Positions 7,139-17,335 are shown, numbered from the stretch's first letter. The stretch is 64,000 bases of DNA from an uncultured SAR86 cluster bacterium (GCA_902574355.1 CACGNN010000007.1:1721-65720), one strand, 5' to 3'. Notes: generated by a model not told the origin, from the sequence alone. Made by a program: numbers and translations.

Positions 7139-9574
7139 ATGGACAGAATAGAATCCTTAATAGGGGAGCTCACCCTTGAAGAAAAAGTTTCTATTTTGTC
7201 AGGCTCTTCTGCTTGGCATACCACCGCTGTACCTAGACTTAACATTCCTCGAGTAAAGATGACTGACGGCCCCATAGGCGCCAGAGGAGATTCTATTTCT
7301 GGTGCTACTTCGGCTTGCTTTCCAAGTGCCTCTTGTCTTTCTTCTTCTTGGGATAAAGAGAATATAGAAAATATTGCAAGAGCTATTGGAATAGAAGCAA
7401 AAAGCAAAGACGCTGATGTTTTACTGGGTCCAACGATTAACCTACATCGACATCCTTTAGGTGGAAGGCATTTCGAATGTTACTCCGAAGATCCTGTTTT
7501 GACTGGTGAGTTAGCAAGTAGTTATGTACAAGGTGTCCAATCGGTTGGAGTCTCTGCATGCCTCAAACATTTTATAGGTAATGATACTGAATATCAGAGA
7601 CACTTTGTTAGTTCAAATATTGATGAACGAACCTTAAGGGAGCTATATCTTTTACCCTTTGAAATGGGAGTAAAGGCTGGGTCTTTATCAGTTATGTCTG
7701 CTTATAATCAATTAAATAATATATTTTGCTCTTCTCATGATGAGATGCTTAATAAAGTACTTAAAGATGAATGGAATTTTCCTGGATATGTAGTGAGTGA
7801 TTGGGGTGCAGCGCAAGATACAATCGGCAATGCAAATGGAGGACTGGATTGCGAAATGCCAGGTCCTGCAAGAAGTTGGGGTGAAAACTTAGTAAAAGCG
7901 GTAAATAAAGGGAAGGTAGAGGAGGAAGTAGTTGATGATAAGGTAAGGAGGATTCTCAGAGTTGCTGAATTTACAGGAAGACTAGACAAACCAGAAGAAA
8001 AACCAGAAGAAAGTAATAATTTGGAAGAAGATAGAGTTTTGATCAGACAATCTGGGTCTGAGGGCATGGTCTTACTCAAGAATGATGGAGTCCTTCCTTT
8101 GAAACCACAAGCAATAAAAACAATTGCAGTTATAGGTCCCAATGCTCTAAAGGGACAATATATGGGAGGTGGCAGCGCATCACTTAACCCGCATTATGTA
8201 ATACATCCATTAGAGGGGATCGAAGCTGCTTTGGGTAATGAAAAGCAAGTTAATTATGCAAAGGGTTGTCATACACATAAATTTCTTCCCGCTATACCGA
8301 GTAATCTTTTTAAAGAAAATGATGGTTTTCAAGTCGACTTTTATGACGGACAAGAGTTTGATGGAAAACCTATTGAGACTAAAATCCTAAAAGGAAATAA
8401 GTTTTGGGCCATGGGAGGTTTTGGTCTAGATATAGTATCGCAATCAAAGCGACCTTCATTGAGTGTAAGATTTACAGGTGAGTTGCAACCAGATTTCTCT
8501 GGAGAGTATGATTTTGAAATATTTAGTATAGGACCCTCCAGACTTTCTATTAATGGAGAGACCCAAATTGATAATTGGACTTCTCAAGATCCAGGTGACG
8601 CGTTCTTTGGTATGGGCTCTGCTCCAAAAAGAAAAACAATAAGTTTTGAAGAAGGAAAAACATATCTTCTGGAAGTTGAATATAAGTGGGAAGGGCGATT
8701 CCCTGCTGTCCAAATAGGCATGCAGGCACCAGACCAATTCGATTTAATGGAAGAAGCTAAGTCTATAGCCAAAGAGGCGGACGCAGTTATTTTAATAGTT
8801 GGTACGAATTCTGATTGGGAAACTGAAGGTAATGATAGAGCTAACTTAGATCTACCCTCAAATCAAGATGAGCTAATTGAGGAAGTATGCAAACTAAATA
8901 AAAAAACGGTAGTTGTTCTTAATACGGGATCTCCCTGTTTGATGCCATGGGTTGAAGAGGCTGGTTCAATTTTACAGTGTTGGTTTCCAGGTCAAGAATT
9001 TGGAAACTCTTTATCCGATATAATATTTGGAAAAATAAATCCTTCAGGAAAATTACCTACTACTTTCCCAAAATCCATTGAAGATACGCCTGCTTATGCA
9101 ACATACCCAGGTAAAGATCTACAGATGGATTATGAAGAGGGTTTGTACATCGGATATAGATGGTACGATAAAGAAGAAATTGGCCCATTATTTCCATTTG
9201 GTCATGGTCTCTCCTATACTTCTTTCGATTATTCAAATTTAAGAGCAATACCACCTAAAGGTAATGCTTCTGTAGCTGCTTTTGAATTTGAAATTTCCAA
9301 TACAGGTGATGTTGCTGGCAAGGAAGTAATTCAAGGCTATGTAAACGTACCAGATTCAAAAATTGATCGACCAAGAAAAGAGCTCAAGAAATTCACAAAA
9401 ATTTATTTAGAACCAGGTGAGACTCAAAAAGTAAAATTCGAATTATCTGAAAGAGAATTATCATTTTGGAATGTTGATCTTCATGCTTGGCAAGTAGAGC
9501 CTGCAGAGTATATTTTCGAAATAGGAGCTTCTGCTGATGATATTAGAGGTTCGGCTTCTGTCTGGCTTGGTTAA
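7139..9574 (+). CDS. bglX: glycoside hydrolase family 3 beta-glucosidase with PA14 insert
   Basis: 811 aa. GH3 nucleophile region GYVVSDWGA, a PA14-like insert (SVRFTGELQPDFSGEYDFEIFSIGPSRLSINGE) and a C-terminal Fn3-like domain. No signal peptide, so probably cytoplasmic. Confidence 0.9.
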   Translation: MDRIESLIGELTLEEKVSILSGSSAWHTTAVPRLNIPRVKMTDGPIGARGDSISGATSACFPSASCLSSSWDKENIENIARAIGIEAKSKDADVLLGPTINLHRHPLGGRHFECYSEDPVLTGELASSYVQGVQSVGVSACLKHFIGNDTEYQRHFVSSNIDERTLRELYLLPFEMGVKAGSLSVMSAYNQLNNIFCSSHDEMLNKVLKDEWNFPGYVVSDWGAAQDTIGNANGGLDCEMPGPARSWGENLVKAVNKGKVEEEVVDDKVRRILRVAEFTGRLDKPEEKPEESNNLEEDRVLIRQSGSEGMVLLKNDGVLPLKPQAIKTIAVIGPNALKGQYMGGGSASLNPHYVIHPLEGIEAALGNEKQVNYAKGCHTHKFLPAIPSNLFKENDGFQVDFYDGQEFDGKPIETKILKGNKFWAMGGFGLDIVSQSKRPSLSVRFTGELQPDFSGEYDFEIFSIGPSRLSINGETQIDNWTSQDPGDAFFGMGSAPKRKTISFEEGKTYLLEVEYKWEGRFPAVQIGMQAPDQFDLMEEAKSIAKEADAVILIVGTNSDWETEGNDRANLDLPSNQDELIEEVCKLNKKTVVVLNTGSPCLMPWVEEAGSILQCWFPGQEFGNSLSDIIFGKINPSGKLPTTFPKSIEDTPAYATYPGKDLQMDYEEGLYIGYRWYDKEEIGPLFPFGHGLSYTSFDYSNLRAIPPKGNASVAAFEFEISNTGDVAGKEVIQGYVNVPDSKIDRPRKELKKFTKIYLEPGETQKVKFELSERELSFWNVDLHAWQVEPAEYIFEIGASADDIRGSASVWLG

Positions 9575-10483
9575 TTAAACTTTCTTAGGAGCCCCTTTTT
9601 CTTCTACTTCTTGGTCATGGAACTTTTTAGATTCAACTAGCTCAGGAATTAACTGATCTAGCTGATCAAGAGTCCATAAGTTATCTGTGGTAAAAGATTG
9701 AATAATTGCGGGCTGTTGCATAATTCCTAATATTCCTCCTTGTGAATGAATAATTTGTGACGTTACTTGGCTAGCTTCTTCGGTACATAGCCATGCTACT
9801 ACTGGAGCTATTTGACCTGGCCCTTGTGTCCAGTCATTTTCATCATACTTTCTTCCTGCAGCTTCAATAAGATCAATTGTCAGTCTTGTAGCAGCTCCTG
9901 GAGAAATAGTGTTTACAGTACATTTATATTTTGCAACTTCCAATGCAAGAGATCTTGTAAAGCCAGCTATGCCCTCTTTTGCAGCACCATAATTTACTTG
10001 TCCAAAATTTCCAAATAGACCTGAGACAGAAGACATATTGATAATCCTGCAGCCCAAAATATTATTGTCTCTCATATATCTCACTAAGGGTCTAGTGCAG
10101 TTATAGTGTCCTTTTAGATGGACTTCCATTATTACATCCCAATCAGACTCCTCCATGTTGTACAGTGTCTTGTCTCTTAAAATACCTGCATTATTTACAA
10201 GTATATCGGCACGACCAAATGATTCTATGGCGGTATTAAATATGTTTTGACCACCTTCAACTGTTCCTACGGAATCATAGTTGGCTGCTGCATCAGAGCC
10301 AAGGGCTTTTATTTCTTCGACAACCTCATCAGCTACTTTGCCTTCACCGCTTCCATCTCTACCTCCACCTAAATCATTTACTACAATTTTTGCTCCTTCT
10401 GAAGCTAAATAAAGGCATATTTCTCTTCCTATACCTCTTCCAGCCCCAGTGATTATTGCAACCTTATCTTTTAATCTAGCCAT
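9575..10483 (-). CDS. short-chain dehydrogenase/reductase (SDR) with C-terminal extension
   Basis: TGAGRGIG cofactor motif and YGAAKEG (YxxxK). An AGGGGG Shine-Dalgarno lies between the two in-frame ATGs, favouring 10483 (MARLKDK) over the tracked 10498. Confidence 0.85.
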   Translation of the reverse strand: MARLKDKVAIITGAGRGIGREICLYLASEGAKIVVNDLGGGRDGSGEGKVADEVVEEIKALGSDAAANYDSVGTVEGGQNIFNTAIESFGRADILVNNAGILRDKTLYNMEESDWDVIMEVHLKGHYNCTRPLVRYMRDNNILGCRIINMSSVSGLFGNFGQVNYGAAKEGIAGFTRSLALEVAKYKCTVNTISPGAATRLTIDLIEAAGRKYDENDWTQGPGQIAPVVAWLCTEEASQVTSQIIHSQGGILGIMQQPAIIQSFTTDNLWTLDQLDQLIPELVESKKFHDQEVEEKGAPKKV

Positions 10484-10586
10484 ATTTATCCCCCTCATTT
10501 ATTCTACTTCAAAAAAAAATTTAAGGTATTTATTTAGTCTTATTTAATGTATAAATGGACTGAGTTATCAGGGAGAATAACTAATT

Positions 10587-12026
10587 ATGGAGGAGAATAA
10601 TCTAAAAGCTCAATCCGCTTCTGCAAAGACGATGTGGACGTATGGCTTTGGTTCAATAGGCGTTGGAATCAAGAATAACTTGCTAGGGACCTGGTTACTT
10701 TTTTATTATCAAGATGTTTTGGGTTTGGATGCAGTGCTTGTTACTGCAGCAATAGGTATTGCATTGGTAATAGATGCACTCTCAGATCCTTTTGTGGGAG
10801 TTTGGTCCGATCGTCTTAAAACTAAATGGGGAAGAAGACATCCATTTATGTATGGAGCCATAATTCCTTTTGCCCTTTGTTATTATTTGATTTTACAAGA
10901 CCCAGGTGATATTTCGGATTCAGCACTTTTTACTAGACTTTTAGTTTTGATGATCCTTATGAGACTTGCAATGACTTTTTACGAAGTTCCTAGAGGCGCT
11001 TTAGGTCCGGAATTAACTAAAGATTATGACCAGAGAAATATAATAGCTGGTATAGGTATGGCCCTTGGATGGATTGGTGGTGCGGGTATTTCCTTTATCC
11101 ACATGGAATACTTTTTAGTTGATAGTTTCTCTAATGGTGCCGGATACCAATTGTTAGCCTTTTGGGGAGGTCTTGGTATTTTCGTTAGTACTGTAATTAC
11201 GACTGTTGGGACTCATAGTCGCATACCATACTTACATGTCCCACCTGAAAGATCTTTTAAGATTAAAACCTTTTTTCGGGAGGCAAAAGAAACTCTCTCT
11301 AATAGATCATGGTTAGTTTTATTTGCTTCAGGTTGTATTTATTCTCTTGTGGTAGGAACTGATACAGGAGCAGGAACTTACTACAATACTTATTTCTGGG
11401 AGTGGAAACCAAATCAAATATCTACATTTGCTGCTTGGAATGCAGCAAGTGTTGTATTTATAGCTTTGTTTGCACCAAGGATTGCAGTAGGTCGAAGTAA
11501 AAAAAAGATAGCTGTTGGAATCTTTCTAACCTCGATAGTGGTAGGGCCCTTACCTATGGTGCTGAGATTGCTTGAACCTATCATAGGCATACAACTTTTT
11601 CCTGCAAATGGTTCAGATTTAATATGGTGGATCCTTCTGATTCATAGTTGTGCATTAGTATCTATTGGTTCCTTGGGGTTTATCTTTATCACATCTATGG
11701 CAATGGAAATCGTAGAAGACGTAGAAAGAACAACAGGAAGAAGAGAAGAGGGGTTATTAGGTACAGTTAGTTCAATGATACAAAAACTTATTGGTGCCGG
11801 AGGCGTTCTAATTGCTGGGTTGATACTTGCTTGGGCCGGTTTTGATGATCCCGGTATTACAGAAGAAATGAAAAGTGGGGCACTTATAGACAGATTTGCA
11901 ACAATTCATATAGCAATAGGCTTTTTCTTACCTATTATTTCGACTCTTTTGATTCTTAAATATGACATTGATCGGAAAGGTCATCTAGATAATGTAAATG
12001 ATCTTGGTTATGTAGAGAAGAACTAA
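10587..12026 (+). CDS. GPH-family (MelB/MFSD2-like) symporter, paralog A
   Basis: 479-aa polytopic protein with DALSDPFVGVWSDRLKTKWGRRHPFMY. It shares long motifs with the 15057 gene (GFGSIxxGIKNN, FYEVPxxxLGPELT, TGRREEG). Confidence 0.85.
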   Translation: MEENNLKAQSASAKTMWTYGFGSIGVGIKNNLLGTWLLFYYQDVLGLDAVLVTAAIGIALVIDALSDPFVGVWSDRLKTKWGRRHPFMYGAIIPFALCYYLILQDPGDISDSALFTRLLVLMILMRLAMTFYEVPRGALGPELTKDYDQRNIIAGIGMALGWIGGAGISFIHMEYFLVDSFSNGAGYQLLAFWGGLGIFVSTVITTVGTHSRIPYLHVPPERSFKIKTFFREAKETLSNRSWLVLFASGCIYSLVVGTDTGAGTYYNTYFWEWKPNQISTFAAWNAASVVFIALFAPRIAVGRSKKKIAVGIFLTSIVVGPLPMVLRLLEPIIGIQLFPANGSDLIWWILLIHSCALVSIGSLGFIFITSMAMEIVEDVERTTGRREEGLLGTVSSMIQKLIGAGGVLIAGLILAWAGFDDPGITEEMKSGALIDRFATIHIAIGFFLPIISTLLILKYDIDRKGHLDNVNDLGYVEKN

Positions 12027-12814
12027 TGTTCTTCTTCCCAATTTCCGACGACAACGAAAGTGGTTCTAGACCTATAGTTTGTTATTTTATTATCGGTATA
12101 TGTTGCTTTATTTTCTTATGGCAAAGCACTCTTCCTGTAAATTTAAATCAGGAGGCCATATATAATTTTGGAGTCGTTCCTGCAGCTGTGCTGGGTAGTC
12201 AAGAAAGTTTTATAAGTCCGTATTTAACAATTTTCACTTCAATGTTTATGCATGGAGGATGGATGCATTTGATAGGTAATATGGTCTTTCTTTGGATATT
12301 TGGTGACAACATTGAAGATAGTATGGGACATAAGAAGTTTCTTATTTTTTATTTTGTTTGTGGAATAGCTGCTGCTTTACTTCAAGCATTAATTAATCCT
12401 GAGTCCAGTATCCCAATGATAGGGGCAAGTGGAGCAATTGCTGGTATTTTAGGTGCTTATTTAGTTCTTCATCCAAAAGCCAATGTGAATGTTTTATTTT
12501 GGCTTTTTATTTTTATAACAGTAATAAAGGTCCCTGCTTTTATCGTTCTAGTTATCTGGATATTCAGTCAATTCTTTAGTGCATCAATTGGCTCAGAAGG
12601 TGGGGTTGCGTATTTCGCACATATTGGTGGTTTTATTGCAGGCTGCCTATTAATTTATTTCTTTAAACACTCAAATATAAGATTATTTCAGTCGGGAAAT
12701 TCTAAATCGTTCGAGTCCAGTAATTTCTCAATGAATAGACTCTTTAGTCAACAAAAAGAAAGAGATTTTATGCAAGAATTTATCGACACGGCAAACAAAA
12801 AGGATAAAAATTAA
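12026..12814 (+). CDS. rhomboid-family intramembrane serine protease
   Basis: 262 aa. Catalytic GASGAIAGILGAY (GxSG) and HIGGFIAG histidine, plus a WMHLxxNM-like motif (GWMHLIGNM). The start overlaps the upstream stop (TAATG). Confidence 0.85.
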   Translation: MFFFPISDDNESGSRPIVCYFIIGICCFIFLWQSTLPVNLNQEAIYNFGVVPAAVLGSQESFISPYLTIFTSMFMHGGWMHLIGNMVFLWIFGDNIEDSMGHKKFLIFYFVCGIAAALLQALINPESSIPMIGASGAIAGILGAYLVLHPKANVNVLFWLFIFITVIKVPAFIVLVIWIFSQFFSASIGSEGGVAYFAHIGGFIAGCLLIYFFKHSNIRLFQSGNSKSFESSNFSMNRLFSQQKERDFMQEFIDTANKKDKN

Positions 12815-12817
12815 TCT

Positions 12818-15040
12818 ATGCGCTACATTTATTTTCTGTTTGGAACAGTTTTTATTGTTTTTGGTATCTATACCGCTGGCATATATCTAGATTTGTATGG
12901 TGAATTAGAAGAGCCCGGTTATTCTATAAACTCCGAACTACCAAAATCTCTTGTAGATCAAAAACTCATTGCTCAAGAATCATTTGGCAGAGAAAAGCAA
13001 ATTCTATTTGGAGATACTCATGTTCATACAACTTATTCAACAGATGCTTTTCTTTGGAGCTTGCCAATACTCAATGGAGAAGGCCCCCATCCAATAGCTG
13101 ATGCATGTGACTTTGCAAGGTTTTGTGCAAATTTGGACTTTTGGGTTTCTACAGATCATGCAGAGGCATTAACTCCAAGAAAGTGGAAGTCTATAAAGGA
13201 AGCTGTTAGAAACTGTAATAGTCCTACAGATGCTGATGATCCAGATTTAGTAACTTTTCTTGGATACGAGTGGACCCAAGTTGGAAATACAGCAGAAACA
13301 CACTATGGTCATAAAAATGTAATGTTTCTAGACATTGAAGAGGGAAAAGTTCCAGAGCGTGCAATTGGAGCAGGTGGATTAGCTACTAATGGAATGAGAG
13401 CTGGTATACCTGGACAATCAAGACAATTGAGACCTGCTGCATTACTTGATTTTGAGAATAGACATAGATATTTTAATTTTATAGCTTTTGCTGACGAACT
13501 GGCTGAAGCGAAAATGTGTGAAGAGGGAATACCTTCAAGCAAATTAGGTGATGATTGTTATGAGTATGCTGATACTCCAAAAGACTTATTTGAAAAGCTC
13601 AGAGATTTAAACTTTCCTACAATTGTTATACCACATGGCAATACTTGGGGTTTTTATACTCCACCTAACTCTAAGTTAGATAAACAGTTAGAAGCAGATT
13701 TCAACGATGATAATTTACAGATTTTATTTGAAGTTATGTCAGGTCATGGAAATTCTGAAGAATATAGGTCATGGAGATCTTTAACTGAGAATCAAAATGG
13801 TGATTTGATTTGTCCTAAACCTACTAAAGAATATTTACCAAGTTGTTGGAGAGCTGGAGAAATTATTGAAGAGCGATGTCTGGATAATGGATTCTCGGAT
13901 AGTGAGTGCTCTTCGAGAGCAGCAGAGGCAAGGGACAATTATGCTGTAATGGGTGTTGCAGGACACCTAACTGTTCCTGGTGTAACAATAGAAGATTGGT
14001 TGGATTCTGGACAATGTAGAGATTGTTATCTGCCTTCTTTTAATTATAGACCTGCTGGATCAGCACAGTACGGACTTGCAATCTCAAACTTTGATCAAGA
14101 AAATCCAATGAGATTTAATTTTGGATTTATTGCATCGAGTGACAATCATAGAGCCAGACCAGGTACAGGATATAAAGAAATTGACAGATTTGTTACGACT
14201 GAAGCTAATGGACCAAGTCATGATTATGTAGGTGAGGTACTTTATCCTGTCGAAGAAATCAAAGATAGATCAAATGATTTAAGAGATCAGCCTTTACTCG
14301 GTTTAAGGGCGGGATTTGGAGCTTTTGAGGCAGAACGAGAAGCCTCTTTTTTCACAACTGGCGGATTAGCAGCTGTTCATAGTTCTGGAAGAGATCGGGC
14401 ATCTATTTGGAAAAGTCTAACTAATAAGGAAACTTATGGAACTACAGGTGACAGGATTCTTCTTTGGTTTGATTTAGTGCGCCAAGATTCATTGATTCCC
14501 ATGGGTAGTACCGTCAATCAGACAGATAATCCTAGATTCAGAGTCAAAGCAGTTGGTGCATTTGAGCAAAAACCAGGCTGTCCAGATTATTCATCCACAG
14601 ATATTACTCAAGAAGAAATCGAAAGAATTTGTAAAAATGAATGTTATAACCCCTCTGATGAAAGAAAAAATATCTCAAGAATTGAAGTAGTTAAAATTAC
14701 ACCACAAATAACTCAAACCGAACCTATTGAAAAACTTATATTTGATGTATGGAAGACTTTTGAGTGTAATCCAAGTCAACAAGGGTGTGAGATTGAGTTT
14801 GAAGATGAGGATTTCAAAGAGACTTCAAGAGACACAATTTATTACGTAAGAGCTATCCAAGAGCCTTCGCCAGTAGTTAATGGCGGCAATCTAAGATGTA
14901 CTTTCGATGAGAAAGGAGAGTGTATTAAAGTAAATATCTGTTATGGTGATTCAAGAACAGATAAGGAAGATGATTGCCTGACCCTTTCAGAAGAAAGAGC
15001 TTGGTCTTCGCCTATCTATGTTAATTTTACGGGGATTTAG
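12818..15040 (+). CDS. DUF3604-family (PHP-like metal-dependent) protein with N-terminal membrane anchor
   Basis: 740 aa. One N-terminal TM segment, then the DUF3604 hallmark GDTHVHTTYSTDAF, STDHAE and GYEWTQ. It has 20 cysteines, mostly in close pairs, which suggests an extracytoplasmic disulfide-bonded domain. Confidence 0.7.
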   Translation: MRYIYFLFGTVFIVFGIYTAGIYLDLYGELEEPGYSINSELPKSLVDQKLIAQESFGREKQILFGDTHVHTTYSTDAFLWSLPILNGEGPHPIADACDFARFCANLDFWVSTDHAEALTPRKWKSIKEAVRNCNSPTDADDPDLVTFLGYEWTQVGNTAETHYGHKNVMFLDIEEGKVPERAIGAGGLATNGMRAGIPGQSRQLRPAALLDFENRHRYFNFIAFADELAEAKMCEEGIPSSKLGDDCYEYADTPKDLFEKLRDLNFPTIVIPHGNTWGFYTPPNSKLDKQLEADFNDDNLQILFEVMSGHGNSEEYRSWRSLTENQNGDLICPKPTKEYLPSCWRAGEIIEERCLDNGFSDSECSSRAAEARDNYAVMGVAGHLTVPGVTIEDWLDSGQCRDCYLPSFNYRPAGSAQYGLAISNFDQENPMRFNFGFIASSDNHRARPGTGYKEIDRFVTTEANGPSHDYVGEVLYPVEEIKDRSNDLRDQPLLGLRAGFGAFEAEREASFFTTGGLAAVHSSGRDRASIWKSLTNKETYGTTGDRILLWFDLVRQDSLIPMGSTVNQTDNPRFRVKAVGAFEQKPGCPDYSSTDITQEEIERICKNECYNPSDERKNISRIEVVKITPQITQTEPIEKLIFDVWKTFECNPSQQGCEIEFEDEDFKETSRDTIYYVRAIQEPSPVVNGGNLRCTFDEKGECIKVNICYGDSRTDKEDDCLTLSEERAWSSPIYVNFTGI

Positions 15041-15056
15041 ATTAAATTTATAAATC

Positions 15057-16538
15057 ATGGAAGAACAGGTACAAGATACTAAGTTAGATTTTAAGACCAA
15101 GTTCTTTTACGGATTTGGATCTATTTCTTTTGGTATTAAAAATAACGGTTTTAGTTTTTTTGTTCTATTTGTGTACAACTCTGTATTCGGTTTGCCAGGA
15201 TGGATGACAGGACTCGCGTTAAATATAATATTAGTAATTGATGCTATTACAGATCCTTTAGTTGGTTATTATTCTGATCGAACTAGATCTAAATGGGGTA
15301 GGCGACATCCATATATGTACGCTGCCGCTATACCAGTTGCTATAACTTATTATTTTCTTTGGACACCGCCAGAATACTACTCAGATTGGCAATTATTTTT
15401 TTACTTTTTGGTTTGTGCAATCATTATTAGAGTTTTTATAACCTTCTATGAGGTCCCTTCAATTTCTCTTGGACCTGAGCTAACTAGTAATTATGTAGAA
15501 AGGACTTCATTAATGTCTTTTAGATACTTTTTCGGTTGGTTTGGTGGCCTAACTACTTATAATTTAGTTTGGTTTTGGTTTGGACCAAATAATGTAACTG
15601 ATGCTTATTCTGATGGTAGATTCAATCCAGATGCTTGGGCAGATTATGGTCTTGTAGCGGCCATTCTGATTTTTATCGGAATTCTTGTTACAAGTCTTGG
15701 TACACATAAACATATTCCTAGGTTATTAGCCCCGCCCGAATCTAAAGCTGCACCTTTAGGAGAAGTTTTAAAAGAACTTAAAGAAACCTTACTCTCTAAT
15801 AAGTCATATATGTTTTTATTTTTTTCAGGCCTTCTTGCTGCTATGGCAGGCGGAATTGAAGCAGCATTTGCCATATATTTTGATTCTTTCTTTTGGGGTT
15901 TAAATACGAATGAGATGTTAACAAGAGGTTTATGCCTTTACCTTGCTCCAATAATAGCTATTTTCGTTGCTCCAATTCTTACTGATAGATTTGGTAAAAA
16001 GAAAACGGTTATGTCCATTTGGGCATTTCAGATAATATTTGCTGCTTTGCCTTTTGCCTTAAGGTACATAGACTTGGTTTACGGTACTTCACTTTTCCCT
16101 GCAAATGGAACTACTTATCTTCTTCCTGTGTTGTGCGTACATGTAGTTATAAACGTTTCCGCTGGAATCATAGTATTTGCAACACTCGCCTCGATGCTTA
16201 TGGACTTAGTTGAAGATATTCAGCTTAAGACAGGTAGAAGAGAGGAAGGAATACTTTTCTCGGCTAGAAGTTTTGCGGATAAAGCAGTTAGTGGTTTTGG
16301 ATTAACCTTTGCTGGAATAATTTTAACTCTAATTTCTTTCCCTGACCCTGAGGCAAGAAAAATGCTTGATAATGTAGTTCCAGATCAAATATTAGCTAAT
16401 CTAGCCTTGTGGTACGTACCCATTTGTATTATCGCCTTTGGAAGCGCCTTATCTCTAGTTTCAGGCTACACCCTTACCCGAGATGATCATGAAGAAAATG
16501 CTGCAAACCCAGATACTAAGGTTTGGAAAGATAGTTAA
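15057..16538 (+). CDS. GPH-family (MelB/MFSD2-like) symporter, paralog B
   Basis: 493 aa with DAITDPLVGYYSDRTRSKWGRRHPYMY. Clearly paralogous to the 10587..12026 gene. Confidence 0.85.
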   Translation: MEEQVQDTKLDFKTKFFYGFGSISFGIKNNGFSFFVLFVYNSVFGLPGWMTGLALNIILVIDAITDPLVGYYSDRTRSKWGRRHPYMYAAAIPVAITYYFLWTPPEYYSDWQLFFYFLVCAIIIRVFITFYEVPSISLGPELTSNYVERTSLMSFRYFFGWFGGLTTYNLVWFWFGPNNVTDAYSDGRFNPDAWADYGLVAAILIFIGILVTSLGTHKHIPRLLAPPESKAAPLGEVLKELKETLLSNKSYMFLFFSGLLAAMAGGIEAAFAIYFDSFFWGLNTNEMLTRGLCLYLAPIIAIFVAPILTDRFGKKKTVMSIWAFQIIFAALPFALRYIDLVYGTSLFPANGTTYLLPVLCVHVVINVSAGIIVFATLASMLMDLVEDIQLKTGRREEGILFSARSFADKAVSGFGLTFAGIILTLISFPDPEARKMLDNVVPDQILANLALWYVPICIIAFGSALSLVSGYTLTRDDHEENAANPDTKVWKDS

Positions 16539-16996
16539 TGCTTTACGCTCACTTATATAACTCACCAGTTGGGGATATAAGTTTACTCAAGGATGATTCA
16601 GACTTAATAGGCGTATCTTTTTCGAACCAAGTTTTTTGTGACACCAAAGCAAAATGTGATAAAAATACCTTCAAAATAATAATTGATCAGCTTAATGAGT
16701 ACTTTTTTGAAGGTAGAAAAAATTTTACTATTCAATACAGATTGCCTTTTACTGGTTTTAGGTCAGAAGTCTTTAATGAAATGATCAAAATACCTTATGG
16801 AGAATGCGTCACATATTCTTATATTGCTGAGAAAGTCGGTAATCCGAAAGCTTACAGAGCTGTTGGTACTAGTTGTGCAAAGAATCCAATTCCATTAGTG
16901 GTGCCTTGTCACAGGGTTTTGTCAAAATCAGGTTTAGGGGGCTTCACTGGTGGATTAGACATTAAAAAATTTCTCTTAGAGCTTGAAAGCAATTAA
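16538..16996 (+). CDS. ogt: methylated-DNA--protein-cysteine methyltransferase
   Basis: 152 aa with the active-site motif VVPCHRVL and a preceding YRAVGTSCAKNPIP helix-turn-helix region. TAATG overlap with the upstream gene. Confidence 0.9.
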   Translation: MLYAHLYNSPVGDISLLKDDSDLIGVSFSNQVFCDTKAKCDKNTFKIIIDQLNEYFFEGRKNFTIQYRLPFTGFRSEVFNEMIKIPYGECVTYSYIAEKVGNPKAYRAVGTSCAKNPIPLVVPCHRVLSKSGLGGFTGGLDIKKFLLELESN

Positions 16997-17005
16997 AATT
17001 CAATA

Positions 17006-17326
17006 ATGAGTGCAATTACATCTATAGAAGTTAAATTAAAAAAAGCGCTAGACCCTAGTCATCTAGAGGTTATAGACGAAAGTTATCTTCATAACGTAGA
17101 ACCAGGGAGAGAATCCCATGTAAGGATAGTGGCCATCTCTAATCTTTTTGACGGACTAAATTTAGTTAAAAGACATCAGCTTATTTACTCTGAGATACAA
17201 GAAGAAATTGATGGACCAATACATGCCTTATCTATTCATACTTTCACCGAAAACGAGTGGATAGAAAAGAATGAGAAAGCAGAACCTTCTCCTAATTGTC
17301 TGGGCGGCAGTAAAAACGAAAACTAG
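17006..17326 (+). CDS. bolA: BolA-family protein
   Basis: 106 aa. HLEVIDESYLH ... SHVRIVAISNLFDGLNLVKRHQLIY ... IHALSIHTFT matches the BolA fold signature. Confidence 0.8.
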   Translation: MSAITSIEVKLKKALDPSHLEVIDESYLHNVEPGRESHVRIVAISNLFDGLNLVKRHQLIYSEIQEEIDGPIHALSIHTFTENEWIEKNEKAEPSPNCLGGSKNEN

Positions 17327-17335
17327 AAAATTAAA

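Noticed and set aside
7735-8142. Long antisense ORFs inside well-supported genes (also 6708..7088, 7120..7407, 23568..23876, 27350..27673, 51886..52236, 58103..58450, 61707..62021 and similar)
   Set aside because: All are embedded opposite genes with clear family motifs. They are Ser/Leu/Pro-rich and low in complexity, as expected for the reverse frame of real coding sequence. None has a recognisable motif or Shine-Dalgarno sequence.
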